From the NCBI GenBank assembly GCA_041750285.1, contig JBGSZS010000019.1, positions 32,001-96,000 on the forward strand: a stretch of 64,000 bases of DNA, written 5' to 3'. Positions 25,861 to 34,606 of this stretch are shown here, piece by piece. This stretch comes from Candidatus Fermentibacteraceae bacterium (GTDB lineage: Bacteria; Fermentibacterota; Fermentibacteria; Fermentibacterales; JCC-6). Positions within the stretch are counted from its first letter, which is position 1. Each line of letters starts with the position of its first letter. The notes under the pieces are model-generated. The model was not told where the DNA came from and did no database searches. It saw only the letters and a list, made by a program, of their open reading frames with translations. The translations under genes and the position numbers were made by a program.

Positions 25861-26391
25861 CTAAAGGAGTTCGAGTGAAACGGCACGAACGAACTGGTGG
25901 GCGCTGGTGAAATCATCGCCGCCGCTCGGGCCGTAGGCCAGAAGGATTGTGAAGGTTTCCCCCTGGGTGAGAACGGCGTCGTACTGGTCACCGGAAGACA
26001 TGGGAACCGAGAAGTCGATCTCGGTCATGTTGCCGTTCTCGCCGGAGTCGATGAGGGTGACATCGCTGGTTCCCCCCAGCACTGAATCCGCCTCGTGGGT
26101 CGTGGCACCAGTTCCGAAGTCGTCACGGATGTAGCCCGTTCCGTTCTCGAAGTAGCCGATCACAAAATTCGCGTCCTTCATCATGACCGAGGGGTCGAAC
26201 CCCACCGCCACCCATCCCGTAGTCGGGGCGGAGAGCTTCACATGAAGCGTCGCCCCGTCATTTTCCACCCGCCACTGGAACACGATGTCGTCAGTGGTGT
26301 AGCTGTACCATCCCTCGGCCTCGGATGGACCGGCAGGGTCGCCGCAGCTTCCCAAGAGAAGCAGGGCTGCGAGAACAAGTGCTTTTTTCAT
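25861..26391 (-). CDS. DOMON-domain lipoprotein
   Basis: Lipobox LLGS-C, GWVAVGF...MKDAN..IG, C-terminal His. Confidence 0.85.
   Translation of the reverse strand: MKKALVLAALLLLGSCGDPAGPSEAEGWYSYTTDDIVFQWRVENDGATLHVKLSAPTTGWVAVGFDPSVMMKDANFVIGYFENGTGYIRDDFGTGATTHEADSVLGGTSDVTLIDSGENGNMTEIDFSVPMSSGDQYDAVLTQGETFTILLAYGPSGGDDFTSAHQFVRAVSLELL
26186..26220. repeat. 35-bp perfect inverted repeat, left copy
   Basis: Reverse complement is identical to 26614-26648. Confidence 0.95.
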
Positions 26392-26475
26392 TCCGCCTCC
26401 TTTCCCGTCAATCGTTTTCCTTACTTGACAGTTGTATTATCATGCTTGCAGGTCAAAAAGAAAGGAAGGCTGACA

Positions 26476-27024
26476 ATGGGCAAACTGTTGATCATCATGG
26501 CCGTCCTGACGGGCACCACTTTCGCGTGGCAGGAGATCGAGGTCTCGGGGTTCCTCCTCAGGTGGGAGACCCAGGCGGGAGACAACCTCGCCGTTGAGCT
26601 TACCGGTCCCACGACGGGATGGGTGGCGGTGGGGTTCGACCCCTCGGTGATGATGCTGGACGCCAACATCATCATCGGCTACTTTTCCGGCGGCAACACC
26701 TTCATCAGGGACGACTTCGGCTGGCAGACCACATCCCACAGGGCCGACACCCTTCTTGGTGGAACCGATGACGTCGTGATCGACGGAGGTTCCGAGTCCG
26801 GCGGGGAAACCCAGATCAGGTTCACCATCCCGCTCGACTCCGGCGACCAGTACGACAAGCCCCTTGTTCCGGGCAACACCTACCCGATAATCCTTGCCAG
26901 GGGACCCAACGGCGCCGATGACTTCTCGACCGCGCACGAGTTCATAACCACGGCCAACATTGAAATCCTTTCCTTCTCCCTCCAGGGGACCACCTGGGGC
27001 AGGGCGAAGATTGGTCTTGACTGA
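26476..27024 (+). CDS. Secreted DOMON-domain protein with C-terminal TWG motif
   Basis: Sec signal MGKLLIIMAVLTGTTFA, GWVAVGF...MLDAN, ends LQGTTWGRAKIGLD. Confidence 0.85.
   Translation: MGKLLIIMAVLTGTTFAWQEIEVSGFLLRWETQAGDNLAVELTGPTTGWVAVGFDPSVMMLDANIIIGYFSGGNTFIRDDFGWQTTSHRADTLLGGTDDVVIDGGSESGGETQIRFTIPLDSGDQYDKPLVPGNTYPIILARGPNGADDFSTAHEFITTANIEILSFSLQGTTWGRAKIGLD
26614..26648. repeat. 35-bp perfect inverted repeat, right copy
   Basis: ACGGGATGGGTGGCGGTGGGGTTCGACCCCTCGGT. Confidence 0.95.
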
Positions 27025-27028
27025 GGGC

Positions 27029-27622
27029 ATGACCGGCCCCGTGCGGATCCTCGCCTTTGCGGGCAGCGCCAGAGAGGGATCGTACAATCGCTCGCTGATC
27101 GGGCAGGCGGCGGCATTCGCACGCGAGGCCGGAGCTTCCGTGAATCTCGTCGATCTTGATGAGTTCCCCATGCCGATCATGAACCAGGACCTCGAGAAAG
27201 CGAACGGCATTCCCGTGAACGCCCTTGAGTTCAAGAGGCTTCTTCAGGAAAGCGACGGCTTTCTCATAGCATCACCCGAGTACAACGGCTTCGTTACACC
27301 GCTTCTCAAAAACTGCCTGGACTGGGCTTCCCGTTCGGAAACACCCGCCGAGAAGCCCCTCTCGGCGTTCAGGGGCAAAACGGCGGCCATCCTGTCCGCC
27401 TCACCCGGCAGTCTCGGGGGGCTTCGCGGTCTTTCCGCACTCAGGACCCTTCTCACGAATCTTGGCGTGATGGTGCTTCCGGGACAGCATGCGGTTTCAG
27501 GCGCGGACATGGCATTCGATGACGAAGGCAGGCTGACCGACCCCGGGAACGTCAAATCCGTTGGCAGGGTCGTCCGGGAACTCGTCAGGATCGCTTCCGC
27601 GCTGAAAGCCCGAGTTCCCTGA
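27029..27622 (+). CDS. NAD(P)H-dependent FMN reductase
   Basis: FAGSAREGSYN, SPEYNG...LKNCLDW, SPGSLGG. Confidence 0.92.
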   Translation: MTGPVRILAFAGSAREGSYNRSLIGQAAAFAREAGASVNLVDLDEFPMPIMNQDLEKANGIPVNALEFKRLLQESDGFLIASPEYNGFVTPLLKNCLDWASRSETPAEKPLSAFRGKTAAILSASPGSLGGLRGLSALRTLLTNLGVMVLPGQHAVSGADMAFDDEGRLTDPGNVKSVGRVVRELVRIASALKARVP

Positions 27623-28317
27623 TGCTTGCTCAACCACTTCCGCCAGCGCTTCCGCCGGAAGGTGCCGAATCATCCGGTCTGCTTGAGACCGTTGCCCTCC
27701 GGACGGTTCTCCGCTCCCCCGAGTGGGCGCACATCAAGGAGTACTGGAACCTCCTGAACCGCGTCACGGGCGACGGTGGCCGGTTCCAGCCCGCGGGAGA
27801 CCTGGACATGGCAAAGGCCGACAGCATCATATCTGATGTGCGAAGGTGCGTTTCAGCGCTCAATCCGGACGGCGGGACCGGGGGCATGTGGAGCGCGCTG
27901 AACATGGCTGGTCTTCTTGTCGAAACCCGGGCAATGCGGCTCAGCCGCATCAATCCCGCCTTCCTGACAAGGATGATGCCCTCCTGGTCGACCACTCTTG
28001 GTGAAGACCTTCTCTACAGTTTCGATTCGAGGCTCAGGGAGCTCTCGAGGCTCAGGAGCGGGGGGGAACTCACCGAAGAGGTCTTTCTGTCGGCGTCTGA
28101 TACGCTGGGCATGCAGTTCGAGACGTGGGCGCTGCTGCAGCTGGCCAATGACCGCTACGGCTTCGGTCCCCCCGGTATCCAGGAAAGGCTTCTGGAGGTC
28201 GAGCTCCTCTACGAAGCAGTCGCGGAAGAGTTCGGGGAGGACAGGGTGACCGCGTTCAGGGAGATGCGCCCATACCTCGAGCCCATTCTCGAAGACCTTC
28301 TCGAGGAGCTTCACTGA
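27622..28317 (+). CDS. Hypothetical helical protein
   Basis: TGATG overlap with upstream gene; no recognisable motif. Confidence 0.65.
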   Translation: MLAQPLPPALPPEGAESSGLLETVALRTVLRSPEWAHIKEYWNLLNRVTGDGGRFQPAGDLDMAKADSIISDVRRCVSALNPDGGTGGMWSALNMAGLLVETRAMRLSRINPAFLTRMMPSWSTTLGEDLLYSFDSRLRELSRLRSGGELTEEVFLSASDTLGMQFETWALLQLANDRYGFGPPGIQERLLEVELLYEAVAEEFGEDRVTAFREMRPYLEPILEDLLEELH

Positions 28318-29228
28318 ACTGTTTCTGGTTCGCCTTCGAGGTCACTCCACGCTGCAACCTCTCATGCGGCTACTGCTACAATTACTGGCGCGGTTCCGGG
28401 AACCAGGTTCCCGGGGAGCTTGCACTCCCCCGGATACTGGAACTGTTTGAAAGCCTTCGAACCGATGCCCCCGGATCAGGAGTGACGCTTACGGGAGGCG
28501 AACCCCTGCTCAGGCCGGATCTTCCCGGGATAGCCGCCGCAGCTTCCGAACAGGGCTTCACGGTTGCCGTGGCCACCAACGGAACCCTTCTGACACCATC
28601 CATTGCGCGCGAACTTCGGGATTCGGGAGTCAGGCACTTCGACATCGGGATTGAAAGCGCCATCGCCGGGGTTTCTGAGGGGATTGCCGGCGCCTGCGCC
28701 ACCGGCGCCAGTGTCACCCTCTCACTGTGCCTTACCTCGAGGAACGCCGGCTCAGCAGCGGATGTGGTCAGGCTCGCCGCCGCACTGGGTGCGGATGCCG
28801 TATGTCTTAACAGGTTCGTTCCATCGGGAAAAACGACCGATGCCGGATATCTGCCCACTCCTGCGGAACTGGAGAGCGCCCTCCGGGATGCGGGAGGGAT
28901 GGGCATGATGCTCTCGCTGCCCGTCTACGCGGGGATCCCACTGGAACCCTGTTTGTTCCCCAATGTCGGGGAATCCGGTATAGTCAACACTGCGTGTCAC
29001 TGTGGGGAGGGCAAGTGGGCCATAGGTCCCGATGGCTGGCTGAGAACCTGTGAGCAGAGCCCTGTCCTTCTCGGAAGCCTCCTTGCCGAAAGGTTTTCCA
29101 CACTGAGGGAGTTGGCCGCAGTGAGAGAGTTCCGCAGCAAAACGACTTCCGGTGGCTGCCGCAGCTGCCCTGATCTGCAGGGGTGCGGCGGGGGGTGCAG
29201 GTTCCTTGCCGGATCGGAGCGCGGTTGA
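28314..29228 (+). CDS. Radical SAM/SPASM protein with probable CTG start
   Basis: CTG-start frame gives FEVTPRCNLSCGYCYN (CxxxCxxC), LTGGEPLLR, CRSCPDLQGCGGGC; ORF-track start 28482 loses the cluster motif. Confidence 0.85.
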   Translation: MNCFWFAFEVTPRCNLSCGYCYNYWRGSGNQVPGELALPRILELFESLRTDAPGSGVTLTGGEPLLRPDLPGIAAAASEQGFTVAVATNGTLLTPSIARELRDSGVRHFDIGIESAIAGVSEGIAGACATGASVTLSLCLTSRNAGSAADVVRLAAALGADAVCLNRFVPSGKTTDAGYLPTPAELESALRDAGGMGMMLSLPVYAGIPLEPCLFPNVGESGIVNTACHCGEGKWAIGPDGWLRTCEQSPVLLGSLLAERFSTLRELAAVREFRSKTTSGGCRSCPDLQGCGGGCRFLAGSERG

Positions 29229-29719
29229 ACTACTTCGCGTACGGATCGAACATGTCCCTGGCAAGGCTATCCGCAAGGATACCGTCGGTGCGGCGGATCG
29301 GTGTCGGCTCCCTCGCCGGATACACGCTGGTGTTTCACAAGGCCGGTGAGAAGGACGGCTCGGCCAAGTGCGACGCATTCTTCACGGGCGACCCGTCCCA
29401 CGAGGTGCTGGGTGTGGTTTACGGGATAGATCCCGACGAGAAGCACAGGCTGGACATCATCGAGGGCGTGGGGTACGGCTACGAGAACCGCTTCGTCACG
29501 GTCAGGCTCGGTGACGGCAGCCTTCTCCGGGCATGGGTGTACTGCGCCACCTCGATCGACACGGCTCTCCTGCCTTTCGACTGGTACAGGGAGCATGTGG
29601 TGAGGGGAGCCATCGAAAACGGTCTGCCCGACCGGTACGTCGCCATGATCAGGGCCGTTCAGGTCATGACCGATCCCGACCGGGAGCGTTCCGCGCGCGA
29701 GCTTTCCATCTACGGCTGA
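29225..29719 (+). CDS. Gamma-glutamylcyclotransferase family protein
   Basis: TTGA overlap, YFAYGSNM, LDIIEG. Confidence 0.9.
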   Translation: MNYFAYGSNMSLARLSARIPSVRRIGVGSLAGYTLVFHKAGEKDGSAKCDAFFTGDPSHEVLGVVYGIDPDEKHRLDIIEGVGYGYENRFVTVRLGDGSLLRAWVYCATSIDTALLPFDWYREHVVRGAIENGLPDRYVAMIRAVQVMTDPDRERSARELSIYG

Positions 29720-29721
29720 AC

Positions 29722-29749
29722 TTGACAAACCGGCCCCCTGTTGTAAGGT
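29722..29749 (+). promoter_or_regulatory. Sigma70-type promoter for EF-G gene
   Basis: TTGACA-N16-TAAGGT. Confidence 0.5.
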
Positions 29750-29791
29750 TGCCTCCCTGTAACCCCCAATACCAGGAGACAGGTTCCGCCC

Positions 29792-31846
29792 ATGAGCAGC
29801 CCGAGCGCACTGCGCAACATAGGCATCTTCGCCCACATCGACGCGGGCAAGACCACGGTCACGGAGAGGATTCTCTTCTACACCGGCCGCACCCATCGAA
29901 TGGGGGACGTTGACCACGGCACCACCGTGATGGACTGGATGCCGCAGGAGCGCGAACGGGGCATTACCATTGTTTCCGCCGCCACCACGTGCATCTGGAA
30001 GAACACCACGATAAACATCATCGACACACCCGGCCATGTGGATTTCACGGCCGAGGTCGAGCGTTCGCTCAGGGTCCTGGACGGGGGGGTGGCCGTTTTC
30101 TGCGCTGTCGGGGGGGTTGAACCCCAGACCGAGACTGTCTGGCGGCAGGCGCTGAAGTACGGGGTCCCGACGATCGCCTTCGTGAACAAGATGGACCGCC
30201 AGGGAGCCGATTTCCCCAGGGTGCTCCAGATGATGCGGGACATCCTGGGAGCCGTGCCCCTGCCCGTTTTCCTTCCCATCGGGAGCGGACAGGCCTTCAG
30301 GGGCATCGTGGACGTTGTGCGCGGCAGGGCGCTCTACTTCGATCAGGAATCCCTGGGCGAGACCATCCGGGAAGAGCCGATACCCGAAGAGATGATCGAT
30401 TCCGCGGCACTGGCCCTCGAGGCCGTGCACGAGGCAGTGGCGGACCTTTGCGAAGAGGCCATGGAGCTTTACTGCACGGGTGATCTCGACCCGTCCCTCA
30501 TCATCCCGCTCATCAGAAAGGGAACGCTTGAGAAACGGTTCGTTCCGGTCCTTTGCGGAGCCGCTCTCAGGAACGTGGGTGTTCAGAGCCTTCTCGACGC
30601 AATAGTCGACTGGCTTCCCGCCCCCGAAGAACTCGCTCCCGTGGCAGGCATCAAATCCGGCGGCACCGGGGCGGACAGGCCAAGGAACGTCGATTCGCCC
30701 TTCACTGCCCTGGTGTTCAAGATACAGACCGACTCCCACCTGGGCAGACTCGCCTACATGAGGGTCTATTCGGGAAGCGCGAAGGACGGCCAGGCAGTTC
30801 TGAACAACCGCACGGGCAGGAAGGAGAGGATGATGCGCCTCGTCCGCATGCACGCGGACAAGCGCGACCACCTCGATTCCGTGCAGGCCGGAGACATTGC
30901 GGCCGCAGGCATGAAGGACGCCGCCACGGGCGACACACTGACGGCGCCCGAGCACCCGCTGACACTTGAGTCGATCGACTTCGCCGAGCCGGTGATGCAG
31001 ATGGCCATCGAACCCGCGGGTGCCCGTGACGACAAAGCTCTCGAAGACGCCCTTCAGGAGATGACAAGCGAGGACCCCAGCCTGAGGGTGGGCGTTGACC
31101 GCGACACCGGCCAGAACATCATCATGGGAATGGGTGAACTGCATCTCGAGATAGTCGTGGACAGACTGAAGCGGGAGAGGAAGCTTCAGGTTCACACCGG
31201 CAATCCCCAGGTATCCTACAGAGAAGGAGTTCTGCGGCCGGGCAGGGGCGAGGGCAGCTTCGAGAGGCTCATAGCGGGTCGTGGCAACTTTGGACATGCG
31301 GTTGTGCAGGTCGAGCCCACGGCGGGGGGGATCGAGATCGAAGACAACGTTCCCGGGCTTCCCGCTTCCTTCATCGAGGCCGCGAAAAGCGGGATCAGGG
31401 GCAGTGTGGGTGCCGGTGCCCTGGCGGGTTTCCCGGTTGACGGCATTCGGATCACAATTGTCGAAGCAAGGCTTCACGAGACCGATTCGACCGAGCTTGG
31501 CTACGCTTCAGCCGCTGCGGCCGCCTTCCGTGAAGCGCTGAAGGATGGCTCACCCGTTATCCGCGAGCCCATAATGGCGCTGGATGTCATCACCCCCATT
31601 GACTATCTCGGAGAGGTCCTGGGCGACATCAGCTCCCGCCGTGGACAGGTCGAGGCCATCCACCAGCGCGGGGAGGCACGCAACATTCACGCCAGGGTTC
31701 CCCTGGCCGAGCTTTTCGGCTATTCCAGCAGCATAAGGAGCCTCACCCAGGGCAGGGCAGGGTTCTCCATGCAGTTCCTGAACTACGAGAACACCCCGCC
31801 CAACGTTCAGCGCGACCTGCTTCAGAAAATGGGCATCATAACCTGA
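29792..31846 (+). CDS. fusA: Elongation factor G (divergent, possibly EF-G2 type)
   Basis: [43 protein letters not shown]. Confidence 0.93.
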   Translation: MSSPSALRNIGIFAHIDAGKTTVTERILFYTGRTHRMGDVDHGTTVMDWMPQERERGITIVSAATTCIWKNTTINIIDTPGHVDFTAEVERSLRVLDGGVAVFCAVGGVEPQTETVWRQALKYGVPTIAFVNKMDRQGADFPRVLQMMRDILGAVPLPVFLPIGSGQAFRGIVDVVRGRALYFDQESLGETIREEPIPEEMIDSAALALEAVHEAVADLCEEAMELYCTGDLDPSLIIPLIRKGTLEKRFVPVLCGAALRNVGVQSLLDAIVDWLPAPEELAPVAGIKSGGTGADRPRNVDSPFTALVFKIQTDSHLGRLAYMRVYSGSAKDGQAVLNNRTGRKERMMRLVRMHADKRDHLDSVQAGDIAAAGMKDAATGDTLTAPEHPLTLESIDFAEPVMQMAIEPAGARDDKALEDALQEMTSEDPSLRVGVDRDTGQNIIMGMGELHLEIVVDRLKRERKLQVHTGNPQVSYREGVLRPGRGEGSFERLIAGRGNFGHAVVQVEPTAGGIEIEDNVPGLPASFIEAAKSGIRGSVGAGALAGFPVDGIRITIVEARLHETDSTELGYASAAAAAFREALKDGSPVIREPIMALDVITPIDYLGEVLGDISSRRGQVEAIHQRGEARNIHARVPLAELFGYSSSIRSLTQGRAGFSMQFLNYENTPPNVQRDLLQKMGIIT

Positions 31847-31861
31847 CGGGGGTCTGGTCTC

Positions 31862-33031
31862 TCAGGCGGTCACGGTTCTCGGGATGCCGTCGGGAAGCTG
31901 GGCGAGGACTTCGTAGTTCAAATGTCCGGCCAGGTCTCCGAATGACCTCACTGTTATCTCCCGTCGGCCCTGCTTGCCGATGATGACGACTTCGTCGCCC
32001 CGCGAGACCCCCGGGCAGTCCGTGACATCCACGGTCATCCCGTTCATGTTGACGATGCCGGATACTTTTGCCCGCCGTCCGCGGACCAGCACATACCCGA
32101 GGTTGCTCAGGCTTCTGGAAAAACCCTGCGAGTATCCGACCGGGACCGCCGCCATCTTCTGCTGGCGGGATGTCAGGAAGAAGTTGCCGTAACCGACGAA
32201 TTCCCCGGGTTTGACGGCTGTAATACCCATGATGGTGCTTTTCCAGCTGATTACCCTTTTCAAGGGGTTCTTGAACCCTTCCGGGGATTGGCCGGTGGAA
32301 AGGATGTGAAGCATTCTGGTCTCCATGCTCGGCCAGTAGCCGTACTGGGCTATGCCGACACGAACGGCGTCGAAACGGGCCCCGGGAATCACAAGGGCGG
32401 CAGCTGAGCTGGCTGTGTGCAGGATGCCCGTATCGACTCCCTTCCCGCGGAGAAGGGCGACACCATCATGGAATGTGTCGAGCTGCCTGTGGATCCTCAT
32501 GTGGTTGGCGGCGTTCTCCGCTCCGGCGAGATGGGTGCAGGTTCCCCCCGTCCTCACAGAGCCGGGATTCCCTGTCAGCAGGTCTGCAGCGGCTTCGAGT
32601 TCGGCTGGAGGAATACCGGTTCGGTTCATTCCCGTCTCAAGCTCCAGATGAATGTTCGAAGGTCTTTCCGGGGTTCCCGACGATATCGCTTCCTTCAGTC
32701 TCTCAAGATCGCTCACATAGAAGGAAATGTTTCTGGAGTTCGCCCAGGGGATGTCTTCGCGGTGGATGAACCCCATCACGATTATCTCTTCTCCGGGCAC
32801 ACCCGCCTTCAGAAGGATGGATGCCTCTTCGGCGGCGTATACCCCGAACATGTTGATGCCCAGTTCCCTTGCAAGGGGAACGAAGCAGGCCAGACCATGG
32901 CCGTAGGCATTGCTTTTCACGACGGAGATGATGCGGCGGTTCCCGATGGTGCTTCTGATGAAACGGATGTTCGCCCTGAGGGCGCTTCGGCTGACCTCGA
33001 TCATTGATGATGCGTGTGGTTCGTTCTCTAT
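31862..33031 (-). CDS. alr: Alanine racemase (start ATA 33031 or ATG 33004)
   Basis: VVKSNAYGHG, ETGMNRTG, VRVGI..YG, VGYG. Confidence 0.92.
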   Translation of the reverse strand: MENEPHASSMIEVSRSALRANIRFIRSTIGNRRIISVVKSNAYGHGLACFVPLARELGINMFGVYAAEEASILLKAGVPGEEIIVMGFIHREDIPWANSRNISFYVSDLERLKEAISSGTPERPSNIHLELETGMNRTGIPPAELEAAADLLTGNPGSVRTGGTCTHLAGAENAANHMRIHRQLDTFHDGVALLRGKGVDTGILHTASSAAALVIPGARFDAVRVGIAQYGYWPSMETRMLHILSTGQSPEGFKNPLKRVISWKSTIMGITAVKPGEFVGYGNFFLTSRQQKMAAVPVGYSQGFSRSLSNLGYVLVRGRRAKVSGIVNMNGMTVDVTDCPGVSRGDEVVIIGKQGRREITVRSFGDLAGHLNYEVLAQLPDGIPRTVTA

Positions 33032-34140
33032 GATGTGCCTCCTGTCATTATCACCGATCGTACCGTTTCCAGAAGCAGCCTGGTGCCAGGAGGCAGCAGC
33101 CGGTCTGGGAAATCGTAATCGGGGTGGTGGAGCGGAGGGGTTTCCTCACCGGCCCCAAGACCGAAAAGGACCCCCGGCATGGCGCTTGTGAAGTGGCCGA
33201 AGTCCTCCGACCACGGGAAGGGTTCGTCCCTGAAGGAGACGTTCATGCCAAGCCCGCTGGCGGCCTTTGCGACCAGGTTCACAAGACCGCTGTCGTTGAG
33301 AACGGGCGGAAAATCCTCGCCCCTCTCCACTGAAACTCCGAGCCCGTAAGTTCCGGCGATCCCCTGCGCCAGCACGTGACACTCACGGGACAGCCCATCG
33401 AGAACCTCCTTTTCGGAAGCCCTGACGGTTGCCATCACAACCGCCTCGCCCGGCGAGGTTCCGAAGGTCGCGGCACCCATTGCAGCATGAACGACAGTGA
33501 CCTTCGCGGGCTGGAACAACCCGGTCCGGTTCTGGGGGATGGCACTCAGGGCCTGGATAAGCTGGGCGACAGCCATTGCAGGGCTTCTGCCCCTGTGGGG
33601 TTCCCCCGCATGGGAACGCTCACCGGTCAGTTTGATCGTCATACCCGCGGATGCGCAGGCGAAAGCGCCGTGCCTGAGAATGACATCGCCGGAGGCGAAA
33701 CCGGGAAGGTTGTGAAGCGCCACTGCGAAGTCGGGCATCACCGATCTGAAACCTTCGTCTTTCAACACCGCGGAGGCTCCTGCGCCGGTCTCTTCCGCGG
33801 GTTGGAAAAGCAGGAGTACCGAGCCCCTTTCAAGCGGGGCTTCCGAAAGGTGTTCCGCAACCCCGGCAAGCATCGCCATGTGACCGTCGTGCCCGCATCC
33901 GTGATACGCCGTGCCGCCATCCGGCATGGGAAGGCCGTCGAGCTCGCATCTGACCATCACCCTGGGGCCGGGAAGAGCGCCCTGATAAAGTGCTGCCACG
34001 CCGTGCCCCGCGATTCCCCTCAAAAGCCTGTCCGGACGTGTTGCCGCAAGGAAGTCTGCCACGATCACGGCGGTGGCTGCCTCCCTTCCGGAAACCTCGG
34101 CCCTTTCGTGAAGGGCTCTTCTCAGCTCCCGCGTGTTCAG
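33028..34140 (-). CDS. M20D-family amidohydrolase, probable CTG start
   Basis: RRALHERAEVSGRE, HGCGHDGH, FQPAEE, SEDF, LHHPDYDF. Confidence 0.9.
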   Translation of the reverse strand: MNTRELRRALHERAEVSGREAATAVIVADFLAATRPDRLLRGIAGHGVAALYQGALPGPRVMVRCELDGLPMPDGGTAYHGCGHDGHMAMLAGVAEHLSEAPLERGSVLLLFQPAEETGAGASAVLKDEGFRSVMPDFAVALHNLPGFASGDVILRHGAFACASAGMTIKLTGERSHAGEPHRGRSPAMAVAQLIQALSAIPQNRTGLFQPAKVTVVHAAMGAATFGTSPGEAVVMATVRASEKEVLDGLSRECHVLAQGIAGTYGLGVSVERGEDFPPVLNDSGLVNLVAKAASGLGMNVSFRDEPFPWSEDFGHFTSAMPGVLFGLGAGEETPPLHHPDYDFPDRLLPPGTRLLLETVRSVIMTGGTS

Positions 34141-34340
34141 ACCTTCCCCTTTCCCACAAGCCTTGCGAAGTGCTCGAACGAACGGTCCCACGTTCTCTCT
34201 TCTTCCCTTGGGAAAAAGCAGCCCGGAAGCTCCCTGTTCCTCAGGTGGGCTGCCACGCACTCGCAGCACACGCCCTTGCGGGAGCAGGGTTCGTAGCTGC
34301 AGTTGCACCGTTTCAGGTTTTCAGCCTTTTTACACTCCAT
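34137..34340 (-). CDS. Small Cys-rich protein (DUF6485-like)
   Basis: MECK...CNCSYEPCSRKGVCCECVAAH...LPGCFF...WDRS; AAGGAGG RBS. Confidence 0.8.
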   Translation of the reverse strand: MECKKAENLKRCNCSYEPCSRKGVCCECVAAHLRNRELPGCFFPREEERTWDRSFEHFARLVGKGKV

Positions 34341-34402
34341 TGATTCCTCCTTATCTCCATTTGCATAAGGGCCACGCGCCCCCGGTGTCAATGCCCAGCG
34401 GC

Positions 34403-34431
34403 TTGACAGACCGGGTTTTCTGTGGTAGGCT
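34403..34431 (+). promoter_or_regulatory. Sigma70 promoter for the S10 operon
   Basis: TTGACA-N17-TAGGCT with TG extension. Confidence 0.7.
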
Positions 34432-34606
34432 TGCACTTCCCTGAAAGGCCAGGGGTGGTTGCGGTTCTTCGGGAATTCAACCATATTTGGCGCCCCGGAG
34501 GCTCCGATGAGCCAATGGGTGAAAACAGGCAATTGGCAGCGCGGGATTCTCCCGGACGGGTGTATTGCGCGTTTATTTCTGGTTTGTAATGAACCGAGGA
34601 GATGGG

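Noticed and set aside
26630..26645. tRNA T-loop-like GGGTTCGACCC (tRNA fragment or att site)
   Set aside because: It encodes conserved G-F-D-P in both DOMON genes; no cloverleaf or integrase
20517..34400. Prophage, ICE or defence island
   Set aside because: No integrase, transposase, phage, toxin-antitoxin or nuclease motifs and no flanking direct repeats seen
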